The notes beneath the pieces are model-generated. The model had not been told where the DNA came from. It saw nothing but the letters and a program-made list of their open reading frames with translations, and ran no database searches. DNA of 64,000 nucleotides, from assembly GCA_965649765.1 (NCBI GenBank), contig OZ287750.1:23126001-23190000 (forward strand), in the 5' to 3' direction. The stretch comes from Bispira polyomma. Its lineage: Eukaryota. A program made the translations under genes and the position numbers. Of this stretch, positions 25,632-37,734 are shown piece by piece; the first letter of the stretch is position 1, and every line of letters begins with the position of its first letter.

Positions 25632-27175
25632 AAAAATAGGAGAAGCAGAATTTCATGATTCTGACTTTTAGATTCAGGGGTAAATGTTAAACATGTGTCT
25701 CAATGCTGTTAATATTAGGTCTGTTATTTCAGCTTCAGTTATTAACATTGGTATCAATGCTCATAGCTGACTATCCAATTGATTTGGTTTGAAGTCATAC
25801 CTCCTTATTATGTTGTATACAAACTGAACATAGCAGTCGTGTTCTAACTAATATAGTGGTAAATCACTGGGTGTTTGCCTGCAGTCTCTTCTAGATGTGA
25901 ACAATATATTTGTGTCTTAACAACATGGAAATTATCAGTATGTCCAAGTTAATTTGGATGACCATGAAGTGTGTCATTTTAAGTGCAGCCCACTAACTTT
26001 TCTCGATCGAGATAGTCCAGGCAAGATCTGATACATGCAGGTTCAGAATACCATGCCAGGCCACTACACTGGCTATCATGGTATTTCAGTACAAAGCCAC
26101 AAAAATTATTATTTCTAATTGAGTTCAGATAAAGATCTTAATTAAACTTATTTTGGAAAATATTCATGTTTTATATGAGATAAAATAAGCATTGAGCCTA
26201 CCTATATGATTGAATGCCAATGTATAACAAATGTCACTTACAAGAGAGGGAGCAATAACCCATGTGGCATTAATATGGTAAAATAATAAAGACGATTTAA
26301 AAAAAAAATATTTATATCTTTTTATTTAAATTCATAACAATATCAACAGCACATTTTAAACACAATGTATACATTATAACTCTTTATAACCTTTTTATAA
26401 CAAAAACACTATTTGACTTGTTTTCAGAGGTTGCGGGTGTTCTGTGGACCACAATACAGTTAAACTCATTAAAGTATTTAAGGAGAACCTCAAGAAACCA
26501 GGTGAAATACCTCCTTTTAACCAGGATTTCCACTTAACAGGGTAGATTTTAAAAGAAAAGAAAAAGCTTTGGTAAGACTACAGATTTTTCTCGATTTAAC
26601 AGAGTTCTACTTTGAGGGGTTTAACTGTATCAGAAATGTCTTGACAAAAAGTTATATTGTCACATCATACACGGTATAACGTCAGTTTCCTCCACCACTC
26701 GCCGCCCCCCTGCACCTCCACCCTTGCCACAGGCAACGGCAACAGTTAGTTCTTATTATTTCATAACAATATAAAAACACCAAGGTGACTTTTTTTTCTA
26801 AACCAGTAGAGTATCACGTAACACATGCAGGTGGTGGTACATTAAAGAGGCCATTAGGCCAAGTATTAATCTTTTATTCCCTTTCAACCTTTTATAACAT
26901 GTATGTACTATATGACACAACATGCAGTGTAATTTAATGGCATCTTTACGTACATTTAAGTACATATATTTTCTTATACATTCAGCCTATATACAGCTAC
27001 TGAATGGTCACAAAACTTATGAAAGCTAGTTGCCAAGTCAAAATGTTACTGTCACAGTAAAAATGTTTGTAAATTTGAATATTTGGATAATAGAAGTTTG
27101 GTTATAATAGTTATCTAGTGTATTTCAATAACTAAACACCTAATAATCATGCATATGGCACCACTACTTCTATTA

Positions 27176-27365
27176 CAGTAGAACATCTATTTTACGAACA
27201 TTTTGAGAGACTGTGAATTTGTTTGGATAATAGAAGGTCTGTAAAATAGAAGTGGCATTTTAGTATAAAACAACAGCAAAAAATAAGCTTGGGAGAGTAA
27301 AATTGAGGTTGTAAAATCGAATATTCGGATAATAGAAGGTTGGATAATAGAGGTTCTATACACTG
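27176..27365. mobile_element. Tigger-like MITE, family A
   Basis: TA-CAGTAGAACATCTAT ... GGATAATAGAGGTTCTATACACTG-TA. Confidence 0.7.
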
Positions 27366-27722
27366 TACTATTGTATATTTCTCCATGGGTATGGCAATAT
27401 TTAGCACAACCTGTGCATAGTACAAACTCGGACCATTCATCCACTCATTTTAAATAGACCAGTAGCACATCAATCAGTACACACATATCTACACAACTCT
27501 CATACAACTCACAAAAACACACACAGGATGAAATCAATTGGTACCCACGATTCTAGCTGCGGCTATCGCCAAGTGCCCTGGGTTTTTTTAGTTTTACTGG
27601 CTGGTGACTAATGGATAAATCATTCATGTGTCTTACTTAGCAAGATTGTTTACATGTGGATTTTACAAGCAACAATAGCTTTAAAATGTTACATTTTTAT
27701 AAGAAGAGATGTAATTTTACAA

Positions 27723-27941
27723 AATAGCATGAAAAACTTTTTGCCTCATTTACAAATATATCTTCAAAGTAATAAATCTTTTAAAAACTAATTTATTATA
27801 GACTATATATATGCAAATTGGTGATGTACTAATACATAATAGCATAAAAAACTTTTTGCCTCATTTACACATATATCTTCAAAATAATGAATGTTCTAAA
27901 AACTAATCTACACTATATATATGCAAATTAGTGATGTAACT
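27723..27941. repeat. ~115-bp direct duplication downstream of CHCHD7
   Basis: AATAGCAT..AAAACTTTTTGCCTCATTTACA...GCAAATT.GTGATGTA present twice. Confidence 0.8.
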
Positions 27942-28113
27942 CAAATATTTAATGTTATTTATAAATTTGTGGTGCATATCTGATGTCGATAATATCCATG
28001 TATGAAATGATACATGTTTGAATCTTTTTTCTTAAAACTAACGACTTCCAATTCTATTTTGCCAGAGTGGGGAGTACCAATCCCTTCTATCCACATATTA
28101 TCTATCACATGTG

Positions 28114-28224
28114 CTAGGTTTTGCCCATTTTGTCGAAAAATTCTTGTCTAATGTGCTCCCTTTCTTCTGGTGGAGGGAGGTGTGGCTTTATTCCAGCTTT
28201 CTGTCTTTGTTTACTCACTTGGTT
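28114..28224 (-). CDS. CHCHD7: CHCHD7/COX23 coding exon 3
   Basis: TTTTCAG acceptor, phase 0; NQVSKQRQKAGIKPHLPPPEEREHIRQEFFDKMGKT*, resembling the human CHCHD7 C-terminus (QRRKNGVKPFMPTAAERDEI). Confidence 0.9.
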   Translation of the reverse strand, partial: NQVSKQRQKAGIKPHLPPPEEREHIRQEFFDKMGKT

Positions 28225-28244
28225 CTGAAAATATAATGTAAATG

Positions 28245-29003
28245 TTTTTACTTCTATAGGACCAGAATGGATGACCAGGCATCCTCTGTGGCACACATCC
28301 CAATTAGTAAGCAAAAGAATAGTTCAACAGGGAAAAAGGTTTGTGATCAGAGTTCAGCAGACGCAAGTTAGGTGGAAAAGCAAGTTGATACAGATGAACT
28401 TTTTTCCTTAAGACTGTAATCCATATCACGGTGCAAATATAGGGACACTTAGCTGGTGCTGCAACTTTGAAAGAATTTGAACCAGTCAGTTTTATTTTTG
28501 TAAGAAACCAGATAAGAGGTGGAGAGACAATTTCCTCTAGTGAGATTGCTGAGAGGCAACACAGATAATAAATAAACTGGCTGCTACTGCAATGGTTTGA
28601 TTGATTGATTAGGGTTTAACGTCGCTTTCAACACATTGTGTAGGTCATATCATGACGGGGAGATTTTTTTAAACCAGCCAGTCTTTTGGGTAAAAAACCA
28701 GAGGTGGAGAGATGATTTCCTCTAGGGAGATTGCCGAGAGACAACATAGATGATAAGTAGGCTGGCTGCTGCTACACTAGTTTGATTAATTGGGATAAAC
28801 GTCCCTTGCAACGCATTGTATACGTCATATCACGATGGGGAGTTAACTGGTAGGGAAAAGCAGGGCATACTAGTTGGTCAAGATTCTATACTGTAAACCA
28901 CCAGGCTTTCGCAAGTGACTGCCAACTTTCGCAGCTGAGATTAGAACCTACAGCCTCAGAGGTAGAAGGTGAGTGTGTTATCCACTGCACTACTGAGCCG
29001 CCT
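28245..29003 (-). mobile_element. Composite of SINE and L2 3' fragments with an internal duplication
   Basis: On the minus strand: SINE (29003-28785), L2 piece (28775-28670), SINE tail (28660-28600), L2 3' end (28590-28245). Confidence 0.7.
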
Positions 29004-29405
29004 CTGAGAATTCTTTAGGAACCTACAGAAGCAAATTCAGGTTATACATTAAAGAAAAAAAAATTATCTTGTAATTCCAAGACAGCTGTTGATTTGTTTT
29101 GTCAATCGAGGTCAACATGTCTCTACTGCCTGATGGATTCATAAAGAGCTCATACATGATAGATAAAGGGATTTTGTTAATTTTCCTTGAAAAAGATATT
29201 TGGATTTTGTCCTGATCTTCCCCAAAAAATTTGAGATTTTGTACATTAGGATTTTGTCCGTTCACCAAGGAAAACACCCACCCACAACAAAAAGGACCAT
29301 GTTTGACAACCACTTACAGCTGTAGAATAAAAACAATTATGTACTTTTGCAACTTTACTGTCATACTTTTGGCTTCTTTCTACAAGTTTACACCATGGTA
29401 CATAC

Positions 29406-29501
29406 CCAGAATTTGACGCATGATTTGTAGTTTTCAATGTAGAGGTGACACTGTCTTGTATCTTCATTCATAGCTATGCAATCTATTGATTTGTGTGATT
29501 C
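29406..29501 (-). CDS. CHCHD7: CHCHD7/COX23 coding exon 2 (twin CX9C)
   Basis: TTTACAG acceptor and TGG|GTATGT donor, phase 0-0; ESHKSIDCIAMNEDTRQCHLYIENYKSCVKFW gives C-X9-C-X9-C-X9-C when joined to exon 1. Confidence 0.92.
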
Positions 29502-29569
29502 CTGTAAATAAGGTGATTCAAAACATTAGTCTGCCTCGAGTTTTGTGACTAGAAAATACAAACTTCTCT

Positions 29570-31370
29570 GATTGATGACACCCCATTGGGTGGTGTTTTA
29601 CACAACATTGTAGTGTCAGAAAAAGAAGTACTTGACCAGATATTAATGCCTAACTGTAACAAATCATATGGCCCCGATGGTCTTTCACCTAAATTTATAA
29701 AATTAACAAATCGCTCATTGGTAAAGCCGTTAACAAAATTATTCAACCTTTCATTGTCTACGGGGAAAGTTCCTAAGCTGTGGAAACAAGCTAATGTGGT
29801 ACCCTTACGTAAAAAAGACAGCAAAAATGTGTTAGGACACTATCAACCTGTATCTCTTCTCAGTATTTTGGGAAAGATGTTGGAGAGAATAGCTTTTAAA
29901 TACTTATATAATCATTTTAAAGACATTTTTTCACTATCAGTTTGGCAATCAGGGTTTTTGCCAGGTTCTTCAACAATTACCCAATTAATCGAAATATATA
30001 ATACATTTTGCTCAGCGGTATCTCAAAACAAAGAAATACGAGTTGTGTTTCTTGATATTTCTAAAGCCTTCGATCACGTTTGACATTGGGGATTGTTATT
30101 CAAACTGAAGAAATGAGGTATCAGTGGTACATTACTCCAGTTGTTTGAAGATTACCTAAAAGATAGGGTTCAACGAGTGGTTATCAATGGTCAATTTTCA
30201 GACTGGAGCAAAATATTTGCTGGGCTACCACAGGGATCAGTACTAATTTTGTTTTTAGTTTTTATTAATGATATTACAGAAGTTGTAAAAAATTGTAGCT
30301 TAAGACTTTTTGCTGACGATACTTGCCTCTTTATTGAAGTCGACAATCAAATAGATTCAGCAATTAAATTAAATGAGGACCTAAGAAATATTGAAAAATG
30401 GTCTCAGAATTGGCTTGTTACATTCAATCCTTCAAAAACCGAATCAATGATTATTAGCCTCAAACATCACAAAAGTGAAAATCCAAGGTTGTACTTGCAC
30501 AACACACCAATTGTAAATGTGGCTCAACATAAACATGTTGGGCTTTGGCTTGAGGAAAACTTGGGCTGGCATATGCATATACATGAAATCAACACTAAAG
30601 CTGGAAAGCGATTGAACATGCTAAAGCAGTTAAAATATCAAGTCAGCAGAATTACACTGGAAAAAATGTACTTTGCTTTTATTAGACCCATTTTGGAATA
30701 TGGTGATGTTGTTTGGGCTGGGGCTAGCCACTCTGATTTACGCATACTGGGATAAAACTTTGGAATGAACTTGACAACTCACTCAAATATGCAAAAACTC
30801 TCTCTACATTCAAATACATATTACGCAAATGACAATTTAAGGGTAATCAAAAAATAGTTAAGTTTCGTAAAAAAATTGTTTGCTGAAGGTGAACGGTACT
30901 GGAATGCAATTCATGCTAGAATGCGCATGAACTGTAGCCCTCTAAGGGACACCTCACAAAATATTTACATGTCTTGAGCAATTGCACTTGTGACTGTGGC
31001 TTATCTGATAAAAATATTACACATTTCCTATTAGATTGTATAAACTATGCTATACCCAGATAGTTAATGTTAGCTAAGTTATATGATATTCCTGCTGTTA
31101 CAACTGAAACTCTATTAATTGGTAGCCTTTACTTGACATTTGAACAAAACCAGACAATATTTCGAGCAGTTTAAGAATTTTTAAGGGAAACAAATCGGTT
31201 TCATAGTTTTTGATTGCTACAGTGCCCACACACCATCTTATCTTTTTATACATCATTCTGTTATTTTTCTCTTTTGTTTCTTTTGTATATATATCTTCTT
31301 GTGAGAAGGCTTTATAATAATCTTTTTGATTTTGCCTGATTGTTTTGTTCCAATAAAATATTGTTTATGA
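29570..31370 (+). mobile_element. 5'-truncated CR1-group LINE (disrupted reverse transcriptase) with 10-bp TSD
   Basis: GPDG, FLDISKAFD, PQGSVL and FADDT RT motifs with stops; C-terminal CxCG...HFLLDC; AATAAA near the 3' end; TSD AAACTTCTCT at 29560-29569 and 31371-31380. Confidence 0.9.
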
Positions 31371-31951
31371 AAACTTCTCTCTTACAAGCAAATACTAGTT
31401 GTTTGAAAAAATATTTAATTAAGTAGAATTATTGCACAACACTGAAATGTGTGTACAAACTCTGAAATGCTTGTAATGTCACCCTATCCACATCATAACA
31501 ATATTATTTTGGTCTAATTAAACAATTATCTTTTTTTGCATTAAAAATATTATCAAATTTTTGTGGAGGTCCATATCTTGTTTACAGATGCAGTACCACA
31601 ACAAATACCTCTAATTAAGCAGCCGTTATGTCCCTTTTTGTGATACCGTCGTTAAAATAACAGCAAGGCATCTTGCTAAATAGAAACAGATTATTCGGTC
31701 TAAGTACATAGTAAATTACTGTGTCAGATTTAAAACGATCTGCTACAGTAAAGAACTCTGTCCCTCAACACGCGTACATCAGTTAATCAAAGCATTGTTG
31801 AGGATAAAAAACTCGGTCTACCCCTGTCCCTAAATGATAAAAAGGGCTTTTCTGACAATAACGGATTGATTACTATTGCTTGCTTGTCCCATTTGTAAAC
31901 AATAGTCATATATTAGCATATTGGAAATAACAATTTTGTGTATGTGAGTGA

Positions 31952-32076
31952 TACACAGGTGGCGCTGGCTTTGGCCTACCCTTGGCCTCGGCCACTTCAA
32001 TGTTTACATTGACTTTCTTTTGATTTTACTGGGTGGCCTAGGCCAAAGGTAGGCCGAAGTCAGCACCACCTGTGTA
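31952..32076. mobile_element. Short hairpin MITE
   Basis: TACACAGGTGGCGCTGGCTTTGGCCTACCCTTGGCCT ... AGGCCAAAGGTAGGCCGAAGTCAGCACCACCTGTGTA; diverged copy at ~6480-6600. Confidence 0.8.
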
Positions 32077-32265
32077 CAGTAATAAAGTAATTTAATGCAG
32101 ATTAGGTTGCCTGTCATAAATCGGCCACCCCAATATAATAAATGTGTCATAACTTAAATTGATTTTATTTGTCTAAGAAAATACTGTAGTTTATTTGTTG
32201 TCAGTAATTTTTGCTATAAGCATAATTGCTAGGCAAGCAAGAACTGTCAGTGACTGGAATAGCCC

Positions 32266-32502
32266 ACTGCTTGTGGTTATAATTCGGTTGCCTGTCATCA
32301 ATTGGCCGCCATACAATAAATGTGTCACAACTTCAACTTAATTAAATTTATTGGCCTAAATACTGTACTTCCTTGAATATTAGTATTGTAATTGTTTTAC
32401 TTGATTCCTATGGTCCGTTTTATTCCTAGATTGTTAATAATTAACATTTAGAATGTGACGGGCGATTTACAACAGGCGGCCGAATTATAACCGGAGGCAG
32501 TA
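32266..32502. mobile_element. MITE with ~35-bp TIRs
   Basis: ACTGCTTGTGGTTATAATTCGGTTGCCTGT ... ACAGGCGGCCGAATTATAACCGGAGGCAGT. Confidence 0.7.
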
Positions 32503-32527
32503 CCACTGAGCCTGTATAACTGCAACA

Positions 32528-32822
32528 CCACAAAGTCGTTTAAGTTGGAAACTAGACCTGTCCATGCTCACCCGCACCCGTGTCCGCAGCTGTGTATATA
32601 TTCACGGGTGAAAGCTATATAGTTAACCATTTCCACCCGCATCCGTAAAGAAAGCTTCCAAACCCTTTCTCTATGGATACGGACATGAATGACGTAAATC
32701 GATTGTTTTTGCTATATGTGTGGTTAAATGTCTGGTTGTCACCCGTGAATATCTATGCGGGTGCGGACACGGGTGCGGGTGAGCACGGACAGGTCTAGTT
32801 CCCGACTTAGACGGCCCTGTGG
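32528..32822. mobile_element. MITE with ~60-bp TIRs
   Basis: ACTAGACCTGTCCATGCTCACCCGCACCCGTGTCCGCA ... TGCGGACACGGGTGCGGGTGAGCACGGACAGGTCTAGT. Confidence 0.85.
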
Positions 32823-33049
32823 CAGCACCTCAAGCATTGTTTGGACATCTGATTTTAACCTGCACCACACACCTTGCACCTTGTAAATATGATTTTAAAA
32901 AGCACAACGTTAACCACAGAAGATGCACAATTGACGAGATGGATGATGTCCTTTGTCAGCTAAACGCTGTGAATGTAAAGCAGTAGCCGCTTGAAACGCT
33001 TCAGAATACTATATTATCGCCCACAAATTAAATTATCATGCAAGCTCAC

Positions 33050-33166
33050 CTTGACACATGGGTTTCTTATCACATCGTCTTTACGACGCGCTTTACTCAA
33101 CTTTGTAGGAGGTGGTGCAGATTCTTTGCCTTTTGAAATAATACCATTCATGGTTGAATTTGACAT
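33050..33166 (-). CDS. CHCHD7: CHCHD7/COX23 coding exon 1
   Basis: ATG at 33166 with an in-frame stop upstream (alternative ATG at 33151); MSNSTMNGIISKGKESAPPPTKLSKARRKDDVIRNPCVK, then AAG|GTGAGC; NPC motif as in CHCHD7. Confidence 0.88.
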
Positions 33167-33199
33167 GTTCTTTTCTCAAAAAGTTGACAATTGCCACAA

Positions 33200-33700
33200 A
33201 CCATATTTGGTGTTTGGCGTCACGAAAACAAGAAGTGTTGTTCATTTTCGCAATTTTACATCTGAAACATACTTTTTCCAATAAACGACAATAAAATACA
33301 TTAAAAAAGTATCCAATAAATTACAATAATCATTTAATTGATTTATTCCAGTTGGTTTCATTTTAAAAAATTATAATTTGATACAAAATATTTGTGTCTT
33401 GATCGCAGTCTCGCGAAAACTTCCCCCATAATGCACTTTGACTTGTGTCCCAATTATTTGACGAGTGGATTATATATTTATTAAATATTGGATTGCATCG
33501 ATATCTAAGCATCTTTGTGTATATTTGGCTGACGTGAATGATGCATATTCCCATTATAAATGACAGATGGTAATTAGATAAGACACGTAACAACCAGTAG
33601 TACACAGTATTTTTGCCTGTAAAGGGCCCCTCAATTAAGCCGACGTTTAAACCCCATTTGGCCCCAATTTTACAACCGATCACTTTACCCTGGCTTGTAT
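33200..33700. promoter_or_regulatory. Putative bidirectional promoter for CHCHD7 and PR-PLAG
   Basis: Lies between divergent genes, locally CpG-richer; TCTCGCGAAA 33409-33418, CATCGATA 33496-33503, TGACGTGA 33530-33537; possible first-exon donor GTATGT at 33697. Confidence 0.55.
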
Positions 33701-34695
33701 GTAACGGGTTGGTTTTCCACTTTAGCGAAACTGAAACTGGGAAAATCTGTTATCCACCAAAATCTTTGGCAATAATTAATATAAACAAGCTGATTTTGTT
33801 GTTCAATTTTTTTTTTAATTCTTGAAACATAAAATTAACAACAAAACAGATAGTAAGTTCAACATTTATAGTCTTGCAAAATGAAATATGTTCTATCAGT
33901 GTCCATATATACAGTCAAACCACTTGAAGTACTAGAACTCTTATAAGTGGAATTATCTGTTAAGTAGAAGTTATTTTAATGTCCCATTACTATATTTTGA
34001 ATAAAAACTTACCCTGTTGAAAAGAATTAATGTATATTATTATGTATAGTCGGTAAAATAGAGGTGGCATTCTAGTATAAACAATAGTAGCAAAAAATAA
34101 GTTTGAGAGGGTGAAATTAAAATCGTAAAATCAAATATTCTGATAATAGAGGGTCAGATAATAGCGGTTCTACTGTAATATATATGGTTTTTACTGCTAT
34201 GCATTTCAATTGATGTGTGTGTAGAAATTTAAATGTTTTTTTGGTGGGTATACAAGAACCACAGATCTGAAATTAAGACCCCTTCTTGTAACATAATTGA
34301 CGTTAGTGATCAGGGCAATTACGAGTACATATATCTATATAGCTATGTCTTATAACATAACTTTTCTTAGCCTTTTGAATGGTATAGGATTGTGCATTTG
34401 TACTTTAATTTGAAGCAAACTATCAAACCTGTTACTTTATTTCCATATTTTTGTCAATTATATGTGCATCTTTTATTTTACATAAAAAGTTTGAATGTGA
34501 GTCATATTCTGACTTGTATATTGTATTTTTCACATAAATACATGTATACTATATTCATATTTACTAGACTATTACAATTCAAACTGGCAAAATTATAATT
34601 AAGGTATACTTTTACATATATGTTGTGACATGTGTGAAAGTTAATAATGCATACATTGTAAATTTTTTTTTCTTTTTCAGTTATTTGGCAAACCT

Positions 34696-34743
34696 ATGGT
34701 AATTAAGCTAGGTGGAATGATTTCTAGCAACCCCATTCTATAG
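34696..34743 (+). other. 15-codon uORF in frame with the PR-PLAG start
   Basis: ATG 34696, MVIKLGGMISSNPIL, TAG at 34741-34743, 12 nt before ATG 34756; inside the exon that begins at 34681. Confidence 0.55.
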
Positions 34744-34755
34744 GGACGAGAAACC

Positions 34756-34813
34756 ATGATTCCTTCCTCTCAACCAGATAATCCATTAGAAATCAAGTTT
34801 GATGACAAACTAT
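34756..34813 (+). CDS. PLAG1: PR/SET-domain PLAG-family zinc finger protein, coding exon 1
   Basis: Acceptor ends at 34680; ACCATG, MIPSSQPDNPLEIKFDDKL, then T|GTAAAT in phase 1, forming the W of LWCEEC. Confidence 0.72.
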
Positions 34814-35316
34814 GTAAATATTTTTTGTAGTTTTCTTTTTGTTATACTCAAATTAATTCGCTCCTGTAAACTAAGAATAACATATTATAATTAATGTACC
34901 TATTTTTACATATTTATCGTTCTTATGACTGTTATTTTAACACTTTTTTTAATACTTTAATTATACGTGTATATGTATTAGTTGCAAGTCTTATTATTGT
35001 GCCTGTTTCATTATATCATTAATGTAGTGAATACATCAAGAACAATTTCGCTTGGAAATAGTGTTTTTAAAATTTATATATACATGTATATATATCTTTA
35101 TTCCCCCCATCTACAAAGTTTCTAAGAAACTTATTGACAAGTAGATAGGGTTTGGAAATAAAAAAATAATTTTTACACTTTAAGTTTAGTACTTCAGGCA
35201 TTGTGAATGGAATGTTATTTCGTCCAAGGTTTACCATCTGTTGTTTGTTTTTAGGGAAAAGTAGAAAGAGGGTGAAAAATTGTTCTGTTAATTTTAATAC
35301 CTATTTTAATAAATAG

Positions 35317-35472
35317 GGTGTGAAGAGTGTGGCCAAAGTTTAGAGCAAGAATGTAAAACACATGGTTGCCACAGCATCATACGGGACAAGGCCATTCCAT
35401 CCCGAGCAAAGCTGACCACACCTCATCAGTTAACAGTGAGAAGGCTGGAGCTACGAACAGCTAACAACCATG
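35317..35472 (+). CDS. PLAG1: PR-PLAG coding exon 2 (PR zinc knuckle)
   Basis: WCEECGQSLEQECKTHG...IRDKAIPSRAKLTTP (PRDM knuckle CxxC-x7-CxxHG and SRAxxxxP); donor G|GTTTAG is weak but phase-compatible. Confidence 0.85.
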
Positions 35473-35715
35473 GTTTAGATTCTTCTAATACTGTAACAAT
35501 AGAACCTCCTATTATCCGATCATGCTGGGAGAGAGCAAAATTTTGTTCGGATAATAGAAGGTCCAATAAACTGTAAGAGGTATTTTAGTGTAAAATAATA
35601 GGAAAACATGAATTTCGGAGAGTAAAAATGTGTTCTCATAAAATTGAATATTTATATAACAGAAGTTCAGATAATAGATGTTCTACTTTCTAGCATATAA
35701 CATTCTTGCATGACA

Positions 35716-35932
35716 TGGTGGTGTAGTGGTAACATACTCTCCTACCACATCTACAGTTGTGGGTTCGAATCTCAGCCCAGGCATATGTGTGGGAAATTTG
35801 GTAGTCGTCTTGCTGAAGGCTTGGTGGTTTGAAAAAAAGCTAGACCTGCCATGTTTTACTTCTCTCAAACAGTGAACTGGCTGTCATGATATGACTCAAG
35901 ACATGTTCAAGTTGATGTTTAATTCAAAACTA
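35716..35932 (+). mobile_element. tRNA-derived SINE
   Basis: TGGTGTAGTGG A box, GGTTCGAATC B box, GATATGAC...GTTTAA tail. Confidence 0.75.
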
Positions 35933-35939
35933 AAGTAAC

Positions 35940-37158
35940 ATGACGAGTTGTTCGGTTTTTGTCTATATCTGACTCGGTTCTTCAATGGATTGAATCCTAT
36001 CTTGAATGCCGTGATCAAATCATCAGGGTCAACGGAGTTGAGTCATCTCTTTTTAATCTCCCTTTCGGTCTCCCTCAAGGTTCTGTTCTAGGGCCCCTTC
36101 TGTTCTCACTGTACACTACTCCCCTCGCAAGTATAATATCCTCACACCACAATATTAGCTATCACTTCTGTGCAGATGACACACAGATCTACTGCTCCCT
36201 CACTCCCAAAAATTGTTGTCAGATCCTGGAACAGCTTTCTAGCTGCCTGTCTTCGATTGAATCTTGGATAAATAATTCAAAATTGAAACTCAACCCTGAC
36301 AAAACAGAATTCCTACTTATTGGCTCCAAACATCAGAGGGAAAAGGTTCTTGACTTCTTCCCTGCTACTCTCCTTGGTAACAGCACTGTTCCTGCTGACA
36401 GTGCGAAGAACCTAGGAGTTACTTTTGACTCTGACTTCTCCTTCAAAAAACATGTCTCGAATATCTGTCGTTCCTGCTACGGCAACATCCGTGACTTCCG
36501 CAGGATTCGATGACATTTAACCCAAGAAAATGCCATTGCAGTGGCAAATGCCCTGGTATCAAGTCGACTAGATTACTGTAACTCACTACTATATGGAATT
36601 GGAAAGGGCCAATGAAACAAACTACAGAAAATACAAAATAACCTGTGCAGAATAGTAAGCCATGCTGGCCCTTGCACTAACACTACTTCCCTGCTGAAAC
36701 AATTACATTGGTTACCTATTGAGTTTTGCATTAAATTCAAGGTAATTGTCCTCATTTTTAAGACAGTCTATGTACATCAGCCTGCCTATTTATCATCTAT
36801 GTTGTCTCTCAGCAATCTCACCAGAGGCAATCGTCTCTCCACCTCTGGTTTCCTACCAAAAAAACAAGCTGGTTCAAAATCATTCTTAGTTGCAGCACCT
36901 GCTGAGTGGAATAGCTTCCCTACCAGTCTTCGGACTGAGACAAGCATCATGGGTTTTAGAAAAAGGCTCAAAACACATTTGTATCAGCTCGCTTTTCCAC
37001 CTTAGCATGCCATATGAGGGTCACGACTGAATCTCCGATCACGAACCTTTTCTGTCTACCGGACTATGCTCTTGCACACTGACTAGGATATGAGCCACAG
37101 AGGATGCCTGGTCATCGATTGTGGCGCTATAGAAGTAAAAACATTAACATTAACATTA
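35940..37158 (+). mobile_element. 5'-truncated L2-clade LINE (RT C-terminal part, with stops)
   Basis: PQGSVLGPLLFSLY, CADDTQIY, LKLNPDKTE, SRLDYCNSLLYG, LHWLPI; (AACATT)n tail. Confidence 0.9.
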
Positions 37159-37582
37159 TATAGCTATGTGGACACATTTATCTAAAACGATAATGCACAC
37201 CGGCTGTTGTTACTAAGACTTCCTGTATGTAAACAAACATTACAATGTTTTATAAATGTTCTGTGTTATGATTATTTTCAACACTCTAATTGAAACTTAT
37301 GCAGTCATGTTAGAATTGAGATAAATTAACCTACTCAATCCCAGTTTTATAATACTGGTCGGGTCATATTACTCATTGCATTACTCATTGCATTACAGAA
37401 CTTACAGACAGAAATTAATATTGAAAGGACATGCTACTTTATGCCTCTGAATTAAAGTACAGAATAATGTGACTCGAACACTATTATGACTGCCGTGTAA
37501 TGTTGTAACCATTTTGAAGCATTGGTAGCACAAAGTTAAAACTAGTTCTACTAACAAAGAGCACTTAACCTCTTGTTTTTAG

Positions 37583-37695
37583 TGTATGGTACTTTTGCAA
37601 AGAAAATCATACAGAAACGGACGAGATTTGGACCATTTGAAGGCGGTCATACAGAACAGTGGAATCACCAGCGAGAAGATAGACTTACTCTTAAG
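37583..37695 (+). CDS. PLAG1: PR-PLAG coding exon 3 (PR/SET)
   Basis: VYGTFAKKIIQKRTRFGPFEG...LTLK|GTATTG; PRDM10/15-like KRTxFGPxEG. Confidence 0.92.
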
Positions 37696-37734
37696 GTATT
37701 GTATTGTAGATGTTTAATGTGCTTTATTGATGGT

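Noticed and set aside
29586-30755. Functional reverse transcriptase gene (also 35959-37005 and 63330-63981)
   Set aside because: In-frame stops or frameshifts, 5' truncation where visible, and LINE tails indicate dead retrotransposon copies
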